A stretch of DNA of 64,000 bases from Podarcis melisellensis (lineage: Eukaryota), in the NCBI GenBank assembly GCA_964234715.1, contig OZ174275.1; one strand, 5' to 3'. How positions within the stretch are numbered: the first letter of the stretch is position 1; each line of letters opens with the position of its first letter. The notes under the pieces were generated by a model, which was not told the origin of the DNA, did no database searches, and saw only the letters and a program-made list of their open reading frames with translations. Positions 1 to 11,446 of this stretch are shown here, in pieces. The translations under genes were made by a program, and so were the position numbers.

Positions 1-601
1 TCATGCATTTGTTGGGGAAGAGTGAATTGGAATGTATCTCATTAAAATGCAAGCAAAATCAAATTTCTCTTCCATTCCTACAAGGAAGGCAGTGCTAGCG
101 GAACTCTTAAACGAAAGGAATAAGAATTCTTTACTGCACCATTAATTTTAAGGTTGGGACTGTCTGGCTTAATGCTGAGTTTCAGAGGATCTTCAAAGGA
201 ACATGATGTGAGAGTGTTTGAGGCAGTTCTGGTTATAGGATCATAAGCTGTGTCTTATCCTATATATCTTAATATTCCACCTCATTGCTTCATCTGGCTG
301 CACTCCCAGAGGAAAAATTTCACATAGCGCTATAACAATGAGAGAAGAATATAACAGGGGATGGCACCCTTCCCAGATCCTGCTAATCCCATAATTGGTC
401 CACTATAGTATAAAGAGCATTAACTATCCTGTTCCCCAGCCTGGAACAATACTGAAAAATCAGTATAGTTCAGAAGGGAGAGAGAATTTGATTTACTCTT
501 TAGAGGCCTAGGTTCCTCTTGTACTCCCTGAGTGGCCTCAGGCAAGTCCTCACAGTCTTAGCTGCCATCAAGAATTACACATGAATAATGCCTACGGGGA
601 T

Positions 602-1018
602 TATTCTGGCGAGTTGGACCATAAAGAAGGCTGATCACCGAAGAATTGATGCTTTTGAATTATGGTGCTGGAGGAGACTCTTGAGAGTCCCATGGACTGT
701 AAGAAGATCAAACCTATCCATTCTTAAGGAAATCAGCCCTGAGTGCTCACTGGAAGAGCAGATCGTGAAGCTGAGGCTACAATACATTGGCCACCTCATG
801 AGAAGAGAAGACTCCCTGGAAAAGACCCTGATGTTGGGAAAGATGGAGGGCAGAAGGAAAAGAGGGCGACAGAGGACGAGATGGCTGGATACTGTTCTCG
901 AACCTACCAGCATGAGTTTGACTAAACTGCGGGAGGCAGTGGAAGACAGGAGTGCCTGGCGTGCTCTGGTCCATGGGGTCACGAAGAGTCGGACATGACT
1001 AAACGACTAAACAACAAC
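602..1018 (+). mobile_element. 5'-truncated RTE/BovB LINE (3' end)
   Basis: Peptide IDAFELWCWRRLLRVPWT...LEKTLMLGKMEG...WRALVHGVTKSRT, (CAA)n tail, flanking duplication aatgcctac (587-595, 1019-1027). Confidence 0.92.
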
Positions 1019-1161
1019 AATGCCTACAGGTATCTGTGCTTTTCCTAGGAAAAAGCAGCTTTGGGGAAAGGCAGTGTTGAGTGGGGGGACGGGAACAAAG
1101 AAGGGTGCTTCATGGTTAACACCTTTCCTTCCTGCTGCCTTTCTATCCAAAATCATTACAG

Positions 1162-1776
1162 CAGAGGTTTTCAACCTTTTTGAGTCCACAGTTCCCTTGA
1201 CCAACTACATTCTTTCTGCAGCACCCCTGTGGGTCTCAGGAGCCCAGTTATGTCACCCCTGGCCCACAGAGCTGGTAGCCTCTCACCCTTTTTTGAACAC
1301 CCTCCCTTGTGGAGTGTTCCCTCAGCCTCTTTTCCTCTCCCCTCTGCTTGGGAATCCTCTGGGCAGTCACGGCTGCAGCCCCTAGTCTCTGAGCTGCCCC
1401 CCACCCCAAAGAGAGATGTCTCGTCACACTGCACCACAGGGACCTGGGACTTGTCTGTCCATTCCCAACAGCAAAGGCTGGTGGACTGGTTGGCTGTGAT
1501 CCCTTGCCCGCTTGCTTGCTTGTTTACTCGAAGGCCGCCTCAGCTCCTGGCAACCAGCATCCCCTGGTCAGTCCCAGCGGCACCATTTGCCTGCAGTGCT
1601 TGTAGCCAGGGCTGCTGCAACAAACAATCGTACAAGCCTTTTGGAGACAGAGATGCAAGAGGGCATCAGAGGAGGGAGGGAAGGAAAGAGGGACAGAGGT
1701 CAGTGTTGCCCACAGCACCCCTGACCATCATTCAAGGTACCCCAGGCTGCCACGGCCCATTTGTTGAAAACCACTG
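1162..1776. mobile_element. Non-autonomous hAT (Charlie-type) DNA transposon
   Basis: TIRs CAGAGGTTTTCAAC / GTTGAAAACCACTG; 8-bp TSD cattacag (1154-1161, 1777-1784). Confidence 0.85.
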
Positions 1777-3206
1777 CATTACAGAGGCACAGGCAAAAAA
1801 AACCAAAAAACCCACACCACCTTGTGGAGTTCCTCAGAAGTCTATTAGTGTCCCTCATTATACAAATCAGTTAATGGGGCCAACACTTTCCTGAATGATA
1901 GCTGTCTATCTTTACTGGTCTCTCATTGGAATGCTCATCTTTGCCCTCATCTGCACAAACCATAGTTTAGTGTAAGTGACCAGACTGGTGGGCAGGGAAG
2001 GCATGTGATTACTTCTTCATCCCGATCTGCATGCGCCATATCAGGGAGAAGTACCTTCCAATGCAGCGTAAATTAACCTTTCGTATACAAAGTTCATGTG
2101 TACTAACATGAATTTTCAGTTTTGAAGGGCATTGATCATATTGCTAAAATGGTTAGGTTACATTATACTTCTGGTAAAAACAGTCTGATCCCAGTCTTCC
2201 CAGAATCCAGAATGCATCTCCAGGCTACTCTGAGTTTCGCCTCACCAGAAGGCTTAATTTGAAACTTAAATCCGCATATCTGGAGCCCAGCTTCTCAGAA
2301 ATTTGCTTAAGGCTATATTCTCTCCATTAACTGTATACAGAAGGCAAGTTTCTATTTTAAGACATATTAGTTTTGCTTTCACCAAATTATAGCCTAGTAC
2401 AAATCTCTTCGTATTTAATTCTGGGGTTTTTTGTTTTATTTTTTGTAAGAGGGTTTTCCAGCAAGAATACTGTATTCTGTTCTAGAATATTCTGTTGTGG
2501 CATAGACCACAGCCATGAACCCACACAAAAATGATTGATTGGCTGTCAGTCAATGTCATATCTAAGGAAAGCAGCCAGAGTGGAAAATATTTGCACATGG
2601 AATTGTTAATCGTCACCTCACGCCATGAAACCTGTGAATAGATCCAACTTGCACTGTAAGAAGAATTGATTGAAATACAGCAGTAGCATTTTCCTTCTTC
2701 TGGTATTCTGTTATTGCACATTGTGTTCTGAATTTTTGCTTAACTCATACAAGTTGCATAATATTAGAGCTTAGAAAATTGAAGTGGCTGCATTTCCTAT
2801 GTTGCAAACACACTAATGAATTATGAAAACTGCTTTCTAGGCATCAAGAAATTGAATAGTGTGGATCTTTATATAGCCAAAACTGCACCATCCACTCGCA
2901 ACAGGGGAAGTATCAGCAGGCTCAAGAGACCGCCCCCCCCCCACGAAGTACCAAAGAGGTGCAAATAATATTTGGGGGGAGTTCAATGAAGGGGGCAAAA
3001 CAGACAAATGAGGTCTGAGCATGCTCAGTAGTCACAGAATGCTCCTTGACAGTTGAAGGAAGGGGATGGTGTAAAACCAGGAGAGGAGAAATGGAATGAG
3101 TCATGGCTGGCTAAAATCCAGAACAGAAGGACTCTCTACACTGCAACATTTTGTTGCATGTCCTACTTGTGCAACCAAATACTTTGTAAATATATGCATT
3201 ACTTAC

Positions 3207-3228
3207 TCTGGTTTGCAGATGCCGTTTT
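3207..3228 (-). CDS. ABCB11: ABCB11 22-nt micro-exon
   Basis: tttccccaccAG|AAAACGGCATCTGCAAACCAGA|GTAAGT; phase-compatible with the upstream exon, same size as I recall for human exon 3. Confidence 0.85.
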
Positions 3229-4479
3229 CTGGTGGGGAAAACAAATACATCCTATAGTTAGCATTCTTTGAAAATTAATACACACACACACACACACACA
3301 CACACAGCCATTTTAATTATGTACAGGCAGTGTTTAATTAAAGAGAACTCAAAGAGTTCGTACAAAAATCCCAGTAAGATCCAAAATGGACCAAGTTGGA
3401 ATGATTCATGTTGGAGATCTGATTCTACAAACCAGTTCCCAAAACAGGTTCAGGAAATGGAAAGAGACATAACCTAGTGGTGGAGCCAATGTTTTGCATG
3501 CAGAAGATCCCACAGAATTGTTTCATCTTGCCATTGCTAACCGAAGACTGACTATGTTCAGGCACAGGAGTGCTTGTATGTCAAAGTCAGAACAAGGCTC
3601 TGTTTTTGTTTTTTAAGATGCTTCTATTATTACAAAACACTGGGAAAATTCCCACTATATTAAAATGGCCGCTGTGTTTTATTATTTATGTGTATTTATC
3701 CAGGCTCCTATTCCACTTCAGAATAAGTTAAAAAGTAACTCTGAAACAACATAAAATAATAAGCATGATATTACTGGGGGGGGGGTCAATCTAACACAGA
3801 AAATACCACATGGGGCAGCTGGTTGCTCCATTTCAAAACTCTGAGACCCAATCCCATTCCACGTGCCCATTCTCCTATTCTCCTAGAATCCAGATTTCCT
3901 TTCATTATAATTGTACCCCCACATTTCAACTGGTTTGGTTTTCAAGGTAAACGATCGAGCAGAAGGACATGCTTGAACACCAATGTTTCAGCCCTGCTCT
4001 CTCACCTCACCCTCTTGCCTGCTCATCACCTCTGCTGCTACCTCTTCCTCCTTCTCCAGCTAAGAAAGGTAGCACTCCGCATCCAAGTTTCTGAGATGCT
4101 CAAAAAGAGAATATCCATCTTGGGACCAACCACAACCCCTGCAAACTGGTCTATTGCACACTGGAACTTGGGAAGAGGACGGTCTTCTTGAGCTGCATAT
4201 CCTCCTTCCACATCTTGCCAGATAATTTGTTAACTTTTCCACCCAGAGGAAGAGGAGGAGTTAGCAGTAGTGAGTGGGCAAGCAAATACTTCCCCCCACC
4301 AAAAAAACCCATGAGCTTGGGATGATATGAGCAAATGGGTCTTGAAGAGATTTACTGACATGTGTCTAAAGTCAAGAGGTATATAAAATGGAAAACATCA
4401 TACGTGATTCTTCCGGCTCAAAGCCATAGTTGTCTTCTCCAATTTTCTTAATACTGCGCAAAGTAACTGGCTCGGGCAT
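3207..4479 (-). CDS. ABCB11: ABCB11 (bile salt export pump), first two coding exons: 4479-4404 and 3228-3207; gene continues left of the window
   Basis: Minus strand 4479-4404 reads MPEPVTLRSIKKIGEDNYGFEPEES (human N-terminus [25 protein letters not shown]), 76 nt, donor C|GTATGA. The 22-nt exon 3228-3207 is flanked by ccaccAG and GTAAGT and continues in frame (QNGICKP). Orientation and position relative to DHRS9 and LRP2 match the human gene order. Confidence 0.93.
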
Positions 4480-4498
4480 GATCTTCCTCTTTATGCTG
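4404..4498 (-). CDS. ABCB11: ABCB11 start-codon exon (short 5'UTR plus ATG at 4479-4477)
   Basis: Tandem acceptor tttAG/CAG at 4500-4496, ATG CCC GAG CCA GTT ACT TTG CGC AGT ATT AAG AAA, donor at 4403. Confidence 0.92.
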
Positions 4499-4741
4499 CT
4501 AAATAATGATGATAATGATAATAATGTGTCCCAACTCTGCAAACCAAATGATAATTTTCTAAAGCTCTCTTTTGTACTTGTAGGATTTCACTGAGTAAAA
4601 TGAAATGAAATTCTTATAAGTCAGTAGGTCCATGGTTCAGCTCCACTTTACTTACTTACTTATTTACTTACCCACTTACTTAAAATAAATCTGAGTAGGT
4701 CCATGGTTCAGCTTCACTTTACTTACTTACTTACCTACTTA

Positions 4742-5195
4742 CCGTATTTTTCGTCCTATAGGGCGCACCGGCCCATAGGACGCACCTCGGGTTTTTTTGG
4801 TGGAAATGAATAAAAAAAATATATCCCCCCCCCAGCCACGGCTGCTGCCCCAAGCCTTGCGGACACTCGCCCGAAGCACGGGGAGCCCTCCGGAGGGCTC
4901 CCCGTGCTTTGGGCAACAGGCTGCCGCCCCAAGCCTTGCGCGCTCGGCTTGCGGACACTCGCTGGGGCTGCAGGCTGCTGCCCGCAAGCCTTGTGAGCCC
5001 GCGGGAACTCCCGCCGGGCTTGCAAGGCTTGCAGATAGCTTCCTGAAGCCTGGAGAGCGAGAGGGGTCGGTGCCCACCGATGCCTCTCGCTCTCCAGGCT
5101 TCAGCTAAAGCCTGCATTCGCCCCATAGGACGCATACACATTTCCCCTTCATTTTTGGAGGGGAAAAAGTGCGTCCTATGGGGCGAAAAATACGG
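4742..5195. mobile_element. Tc1/mariner-pogo-type MITE with GC-rich repetitive interior
   Basis: TIRs CCGTATTTTTCG / CGAAAAATACGG, TA duplication on both sides. Confidence 0.85.
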
Positions 5196-5929
5196 TACTT
5201 AAAATAACTCTGAGCTTCAGCTTGACAACTTCCAGTATGAGTTACAATTAGTCTTTTCAAAAAAAGAAAAGAAAACCGCAGCAATTTACATTGCTAGACA
5301 GCTCTATTCCCCCCCCCACCACATAACTAAATGGTGGCAGTGGTCTAAATATTTTGATGGGGCCCTGGGGTAGCTGTTGTTGAAAAATAAAGTGAAGGCC
5401 TTCATTTGCACCCTTACCTAAGCCTCAGAATATTCCACCCCTCATGCAGAATAGTCTGAATATAAGGCTGACCCTATCATGTGACAGAGGGAGGCAGCTG
5501 CCTCAGGCAACAGATTTGGAGTGTCATGAAAAGCAGCAAATTGCTAGCTATTTAATTAATTATTGCTGCATTTTTATTTATTTTTTACCACCTGGTAACG
5601 GCATTTGTGTAATTGTGAAGAGATAACTCAATGGAGGGCAAGCGGGAGTATTTTGCTGCTCTGCCTCAGGTAGCAAAATTGCCTTGGACCAGTCCTGCCC
5701 AAATAACTGCCATTATCATAGTTCTTTATTCAATTTATTAGGGGGTTTTTTTTGCCATGGCAACACAAAGCAACTTATAGTATTTTAAAAATTTTAAACA
5801 CACACACACATTAAAGTTATCATTAAAAAAACCGAAAAGACCATTCTATTTTTTTATTTAAAAAGCTAGATTAAAACATCCCACTCATACAAAAAAGGCC
5901 ATAGATAATTAAAAACCAAAGGCCTGATG

Positions 5930-6158
5930 TCTAAGTACTGAATTCGTTCCTGAGGTCCATACTTAACCTGAAACTGTTCTCAACCTGAAGCACCACTTTA
6001 GCTAATGGGGCCTCCCTCTGCCGCCATGCCGCCTCTGCACAATTTCTGTTCTCATCCTGAAGCAAAGTTCTTAACCTGAAGCACTATTTATGAGTTAGCA
6101 GAGTCTGTAACCTGAAGCATATGTAACCTGAAGCATATGTAACCTGAGGTACCACTGT
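5930..6158. mobile_element. Tigger/pogo-like MITE, partial copy
   Basis: Same body as the 19789-20030 copy; ends GAGGTACCACTG-TA. Confidence 0.8.
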
Positions 6159-7075
6159 ATGTAACGCCAGTTTCACCAGCTTGCAGATCTGCCCGTAGCT
6201 ACCCTGACTTAAGACATTTCCTGTGCCTTTAAGGTTTAAATTCTATGCACTCTTACATGGGAGAAGTAAGTGGCTAAGTAGACGGAAGAATCGCAGCAGA
6301 AGTCACTTGGCCCACTTCAGTACTGAAGTGATAGGCGAAAACATACTTAAGTGTTGCACAGAAGGGAAAATTCAACTGAGGGTACAGCAGCCACCCCAGA
6401 ATTCATAATCTGACTTGTCCCCCTCCCCAACCACCCCCCATTAACAAATGGTCTTTGTTCTTCTATAGGAATTTTGAGTTCTGTTAGCGAATAACAGCAT
6501 CATCATCATCATCACCATTGTAATAAAATAACAGTTTAAGACAATGACTTTAAGTAGGCTTTTAAAGAACACTCATGCTTACAAGTATAAATATTTGTTC
6601 CCAGTAGGAAAAAGAGTAGCTGCAGCGTATTATATCAGAAAACTGTTGCAAGAAGGAAGAGATATCAACATATTCCAGTTCCGCTGTTCCAATCCAATTT
6701 AGATTCCTCCTTGCCAACACACACCTCTGCTTTTAAATAAAACTTAAAATATCAAGTGATGCAGTCATGGATCTCCTATATCTGTTTGGCCATAAGATAC
6801 TCAGTTAATATAGCAAATTCATCTTGTGCCCAGGAGTATTTGAAATAGTTATTTCAAATTATTACCTATTCTATAACCTAGTAAAACAAGAGTTTCAGAA
6901 AAAAGCAGCTTAGCTTACCACTTTTCACAGAATGTTCCTTTATTTCCTTAATTACTGTTGAGACCATTACAATCTAGTCACAGTATATTTTGTAATTTAT
7001 TTAAGTTGCTGAGGTGCATGTTCTTATTGTTTTATCCAAAGCTAACATTGTAAAAATACATATATTTTTCCTCAC

Positions 7076-7175
7076 CAGTTGAAGTAAAAAGAGGAAGAAA
7101 CAGAGAAACAAGCTCCAAGGATCCTATGGAGTGAAATTAGTCAACAGTTTGTACATCCATTTTCAACACCCATCA
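7076..7175 (-). other. ABCB11: Probable non-coding first exon of ABCB11 (5' end approximate)
   Basis: Donor CTG|GTGAGG at 7076/7075, TATA-like GATAAA at 7201-7196, FOXA and IR1 cluster immediately upstream. Confidence 0.6.
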
Positions 7176-7230
7176 GCTTTCAATGTAGTAACCCATTTAT
7201 CAAGAGTTAAGCCTCTAAGTAGTCAGAGAC

Positions 7231-7279
7231 TATTTACACAAAGGTCAGTAACCGAGTGGTCCTCAGAGTTCATTGACAT
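7231..7279 (-). promoter_or_regulatory. ABCB11 proximal promoter: two IR1 (FXR/RXR) elements plus a forkhead site
   Basis: Plus-strand AGGTCA-g-TAACCG (7242-7254), AGTTCA-t-TGACAT (7267-7279), TATTTAC (7231-7237). The mammalian BSEP promoter has a proximal IR1 followed by a similar AAATAG motif. Confidence 0.7.
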
Positions 7280-7990
7280 TCAGTGTAGAATTTTAACTTG
7301 AGTAAAATTATCATACAGCTGAACAGCAAAATGAGAAAATAGAAATCTTTGAAAAACTACACAGAAAACAAAAACAAATGTCTTATGCAGTCTCAGAAAG
7401 GCAACATTATAATAATTCTTGATTAAAAGTCAACAACGAAGTCTTATGTATGTGGAATGGGTACAAAAATCACTTTGAAAGTCCATCTCTAAATCTGAAG
7501 CTAAAAATCTTTGTTCCTTTCCCAAAATTTGCACAACATTCGTTCTTTATCTTTCTCAGCTGGAGGCTAAGCAGCTAACTAGCCAGAAAGCTTCACAAAG
7601 TTCCCCTTTGATTCAACCTAGGCTGGAAGCATTTTTGAAAGCTTTCAAGAGAAGTCATTTATGGGTTCACCACCCACAACAACGTTTGACAGAAGCAGTA
7701 AGAGTTCTTCTTTGGTGTGAATAGTAGAAACCCCCTTCTGGAGCTCATGGAGCCCCAATGGAGACCTTACCAATTAGGAGCCAACAACAAAAGCTCTGAG
7801 CTATATGTGTATCATCAGTGTGTTGCCAATACACAGGTGACCCTTCATTTGGTCACTGAACATTGGTGTGTGATGCAACTGGACTCCAATAACAGCTGAT
7901 GCAACTGCATTTTAAGCATCTTAATTCACCTGTCATCTTTCTAATCTTTTCTATTAAATCCACAGCTTCTCTGCAATTTTAATTACTGGC

Positions 7991-8425
7991 TGTCAGGGAA
8001 CTGACATCGGAGCCAGAAGTGGAGGCAGGGCTCCCAAGCGATGCCGGAGAAGGGACAAGCAGGGAGAGAGGGGACTCAGCAGCTGGGGAAGGAAATCAGC
8101 GTAACACCAGGGATAAAGGGGGGCAGATGGAGGAATCGGAGAGAGGGCTCCAGGACTCTTCGCTGGAGACCAGCGGGGAGAGCACAGGTCCTCCGCTACC
8201 CACACCCACCCTGCGCAGAAGACTTCCACGCAGGGAAGGGAGGCGTAGACTTGGTGTCAAAGAACTGCTTTGCTGGAAGAAGTTCAAGAAACGCCCACTG
8301 ACGGATTCTGCTAGTGACTGAACAGCCACGAAGTGAAGGGCCGTCCAGCTAGGAAAGGTTTAACCAGGCTACCTAGCCAGGAGTGGCGGCAACTTACGCA
8401 CGAGCAACCCCATATAACCATTACA
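7991..8425. mobile_element. Solo LTR (probably Gypsy type)
   Basis: Begins TGT, ends ACA, 5-bp TSD ctggc (7986-7990, 8426-8430), GC-rich interior in an AT-rich context. Confidence 0.7.
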
Positions 8426-8691
8426 CTGGCTTTCAGAATTAAAGAGTCAGGTGTGTAGCTGATCATGTTGGGATCCACCTTTCACACTTCAGTTATACGC
8501 TAGATGAGCAAGTCTTAGAATTTATTCTAATGGGTCCTAAAGTTGGCCCTCTTTGGGGACATATGTAGTCTATGGTATCCCATGGTGTTTTGGGAGGGTA
8601 CTCACTTTGTGAAGCAAACTTGCAGTGGGTCTGCCCTATTGCCAGGGAGCAACAGGACTCAGGGTAACTCCAACAGTGGTATTTATTTGCA

Positions 8692-8972
8692 ACAGGGTGA
8701 GCGCCTGTTGCTCGGACCCAGCTCCTGCCAACCTAGCAGTTTGAAAGCACTCCAAAAAGTGCAAGTAGATAAATAGGTACCACTCTGGCGGGAAGGTAAA
8801 TGGCGTTTCCATGCACTGCTCTGGTTTCTCCAGAAGCAGCTTAGTCATGCTGGCTACGTGACCTGGAAAAACTGTCTGCGGACAAATCCTGGCTCCCTTG
8901 GCCTGTAAAGCGAGATGAGCGCACAACCCCAAAGTCGTTCGCGACTGGACTTAACTGTCAGGGGTCCTTTTT
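8692..8972 (+). mobile_element. Sauria SINE, 5'-truncated
   Basis: CCAGCTCCTGCCAACCTAGCAGT...GTGCAAGTAGATAAATAGGTACCAC...GGGAAGGTAAA...GAGATGAGCGC...CAGGGGTCCTTT. Confidence 0.85.
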
Positions 8973-9335
8973 ACAAATGAGCTTGGACTTGCTTCACAAT
9001 AACGGCAATGCTGTGTGTGTGGTGGTACTTGTTGGTACAGAGTACTATCACCTTTCTTTCCCTTTTGGCTACCCATGGCAGCCATTTTCTGCTGGCGCCC
9101 ATGGTGCTTTCATCAACAGATGGATATCGGTGCCTCATTTTTTAGAAAAGCAAGCAAGCCAACAAACAAAACTAAGTAAAACTAAGGTTCCAGCTAGTTC
9201 CTGTCACCAAACTGTGGAGGGAGCCACACCTACCCAGGATGGGCATTTCTATTACAAACCAGGCATTTTATATCACCCAATTATCACCACCACGAACTAG
9301 TGGCTCTAACGGCAGCTGCACTTATTTTGTAACTA

Positions 9336-9552
9336 CAGTGGTACGTCGGGTTACATATGCTTCAGGTTACATACGCTTCAGGTAACAGACTCCGCTAACC
9401 CAGAAATAGTACCTCGGGTTAAGAACTTTGCTTCAGGGTGAGAACAGAAATCATGCTCCGGCGGCGAAGCAGCAGCAGAAGTCCCCATTAGCAGTTTCAG
9501 GTTAAGAACGGACCTCCGGAACGAATTAAGTACTTAACCCAAGGTACCACTG
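9336..9552. mobile_element. Tigger/pogo-like MITE
   Basis: TA-CAGTGGTAC ... GTACCACTG-TA. Confidence 0.85.
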
Positions 9553-9905
9553 TACCATATCCCATCACATTACACAACTCAGAAATGTTGCAAGGCGTGA
9601 GATCTAGAGCAAAAGTCGCGGCTGCACTGCTTCCCACAGTTTTATGACATTTGAAAAAGGAAACATGACACACGCAGGAAGCACAGCCTTCCAACAACCA
9701 ATTAATTCTTAGGAAATGACCTCGTTTAGCGATGGGCTGACATCAGCCTGCTCACTTCAGAAATGACAGTCCTCATCAACAAATATTTGTGTGTGCAGAG
9801 AAGAATCATAGCTACATTAACATATATTGTATTGTATTCCTTCTCTTCCTTCCGCCCACCTTTTTCACTTTATTTTGTACCACTGCAAACTTTAAAATAT
9901 TAATA

Positions 9906-10155
9906 CAGTTGTACCTTGGATCCCAAACACCTTGGTACTCGGCCGTTTTGGTTCCCGAACGCCACAAACCCGGAAGTGAGTGTTCCAATTTGTGAACGTT
10001 CTTTGGAACCCAGACGTCCGATGGGCCTTCCGCGGCTTCTGATTGGCTGCAGGAGCTTCCTGCAGCCAATCAGAAGTTGTGCTTTGGTTTCCAAACATTT
10101 TGGAAGTTGAATGGACTACCAGAACGGGTTCCATTTGACTTCCGAGGTACATCTG
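9906..10155. mobile_element. Tigger/pogo-like MITE, second subfamily, with a central 19-bp perfect palindrome (10036-10076)
   Basis: TA-CAGTTGTACCTTGG ... CCGAGGTACATCTG-TA. Confidence 0.8.
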
Positions 10156-10219
10156 TACTAATGATATCGTGGAGTTGGCAAAGGTTATACTCTGATACGG
10201 CAGTGGTGTCTTGGTGGGA

Positions 10220-10385
10220 AGGGCTGTAGCTCAATGGTAGAGCATCTACTTTGAAAGTCCCAGGTTCAAGCCTAGGCATCTCTAGGGAATGTCTCATCTG
10301 GAACCTTGAAGAACTGCTGCCAGTCAGAGAAAACAATATGGAGCTTATACTGGTCTGACTCAGTATAAGGCAGCACCCTATATTC
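10220..10385 (+). mobile_element. tRNA-headed SINE, degenerate (related copy about 38750-38935)
   Basis: A-box TAGCTCAATGG, B-box-like GGTTCAAGCC, tail CTGCCAGTCAG...GGTCTGACTCAGTATAAGGCAGC. Confidence 0.65.
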
Positions 10386-11152
10386 TTGTGGTGAATATGG
10401 GGAAAAAATGAACACCATGTTGGAAAGTATTTGTTCGAAAGGGAGTGGTATTAAAATGAGAGAACAATCGCTCTCAGGGTGTACACTGGCTGCCAGTCTC
10501 CTCACTGCATCAGGTGAAGATTACTTCATCAGTATTTCTCCCCTACCCTCAAGTTAAATATAGAATCACGATTGATCACACATTTACCTCATGTTCACCA
10601 AAGCGAAATAGTTTTCCTGTGTAATAATGACTGACCCAAAGAATTGTTTTTTCCTTCCTAGCTCCTGTGGCAAGAACTCCTATGCCTTTAAAAGCCAAAA
10701 GGCAGCTAGAAATTTAGTAGGTGAGGTTTTTCCAAGAAGGGGAAGATTAAGTGAATTGGGTGGGGGTGGGGAACCCTCTTTCTGCCTTTCCTGCAGGGCA
10801 CAAAATTTATTTATTTACCTAATTTATATTTTGCCCTTAATCCGAATATCTCAGGGCAGTTCACAAGATAAAAATACAGGATAAAAAGCACAAAATAAAT
10901 AGTTCAAAGAAAAACAAAATAATAACCTCTCCCACAAACACATTTAAAAGACTGTAGAATATGAATCAACCAAAATTCCTAGCATAAAAGGGTAATGTGA
11001 TTATCATTCCTGATAGACTGTACCATTATTCATCCCTGATGGACAGTATAGTTTGGTTCTGTTTGTTGAAACTTGAATATTCGATTCATCCTCTAGCTCA
11101 GATTGGAGACCTCACTGGTTTATTAACAGGGTTCTGTACTAATGGTGGGTCA

Positions 11153-11446
11153 CAGGGGTGCCAACCTGAACAAAACATTTGGGGGGGGGTCCCAGGCAAG
11201 CCCCACCTCACATAATCGATCACAAGACAATGATGTCCATTGGAATGACAATGCATAGCTGTCAACGTTTCCCTTTTTTTAAAAGGGAAATTCCCTTATT
11301 CCGAATAGGATTCCTCACAAGAAAAAGGAAACGTTGACAGCTATGTGACAATGCCTATCATGGGAGGGGGGGCTTGCCCCCTCAAATATTTTTTTTTTGG
11401 GGGGGGGGGTCAAAGGGACTTTGGCCCCTAGGAGTTGGCTCCTATG
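11153..11446. mobile_element. hAT MITE containing a nested hAT MITE (11254-11345)
   Basis: Outer TSD gtgggtca (11145-11152, 11447-11454); inner TIRs CATAGCTGTCAACGTTTCC with TSD tgacaatg (11246-11253, 11346-11353). Confidence 0.82.

Noticed and set aside
1229-1894. 221-aa plus-strand ORF
   Set aside because: Lies mostly within a non-autonomous hAT element, starts at GTG, no recognizable transposase motifs
2615-2712. Possible next ABCB11 exon (TVQVG-like peptide on the minus strand)
   Set aside because: No VGFFQL motif and no consistent frame with splice sites; the next exon is probably left of the window
4731-5141. Overlapping ORFs of 89-136 aa
   Set aside because: GC-rich MITE interior, no transposase motifs
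10220-10290. tRNA-like A and B boxes (also about 38750-38810 and 19040-19100)
   Set aside because: SINE heads without a complete cloverleaf; not tRNA genes
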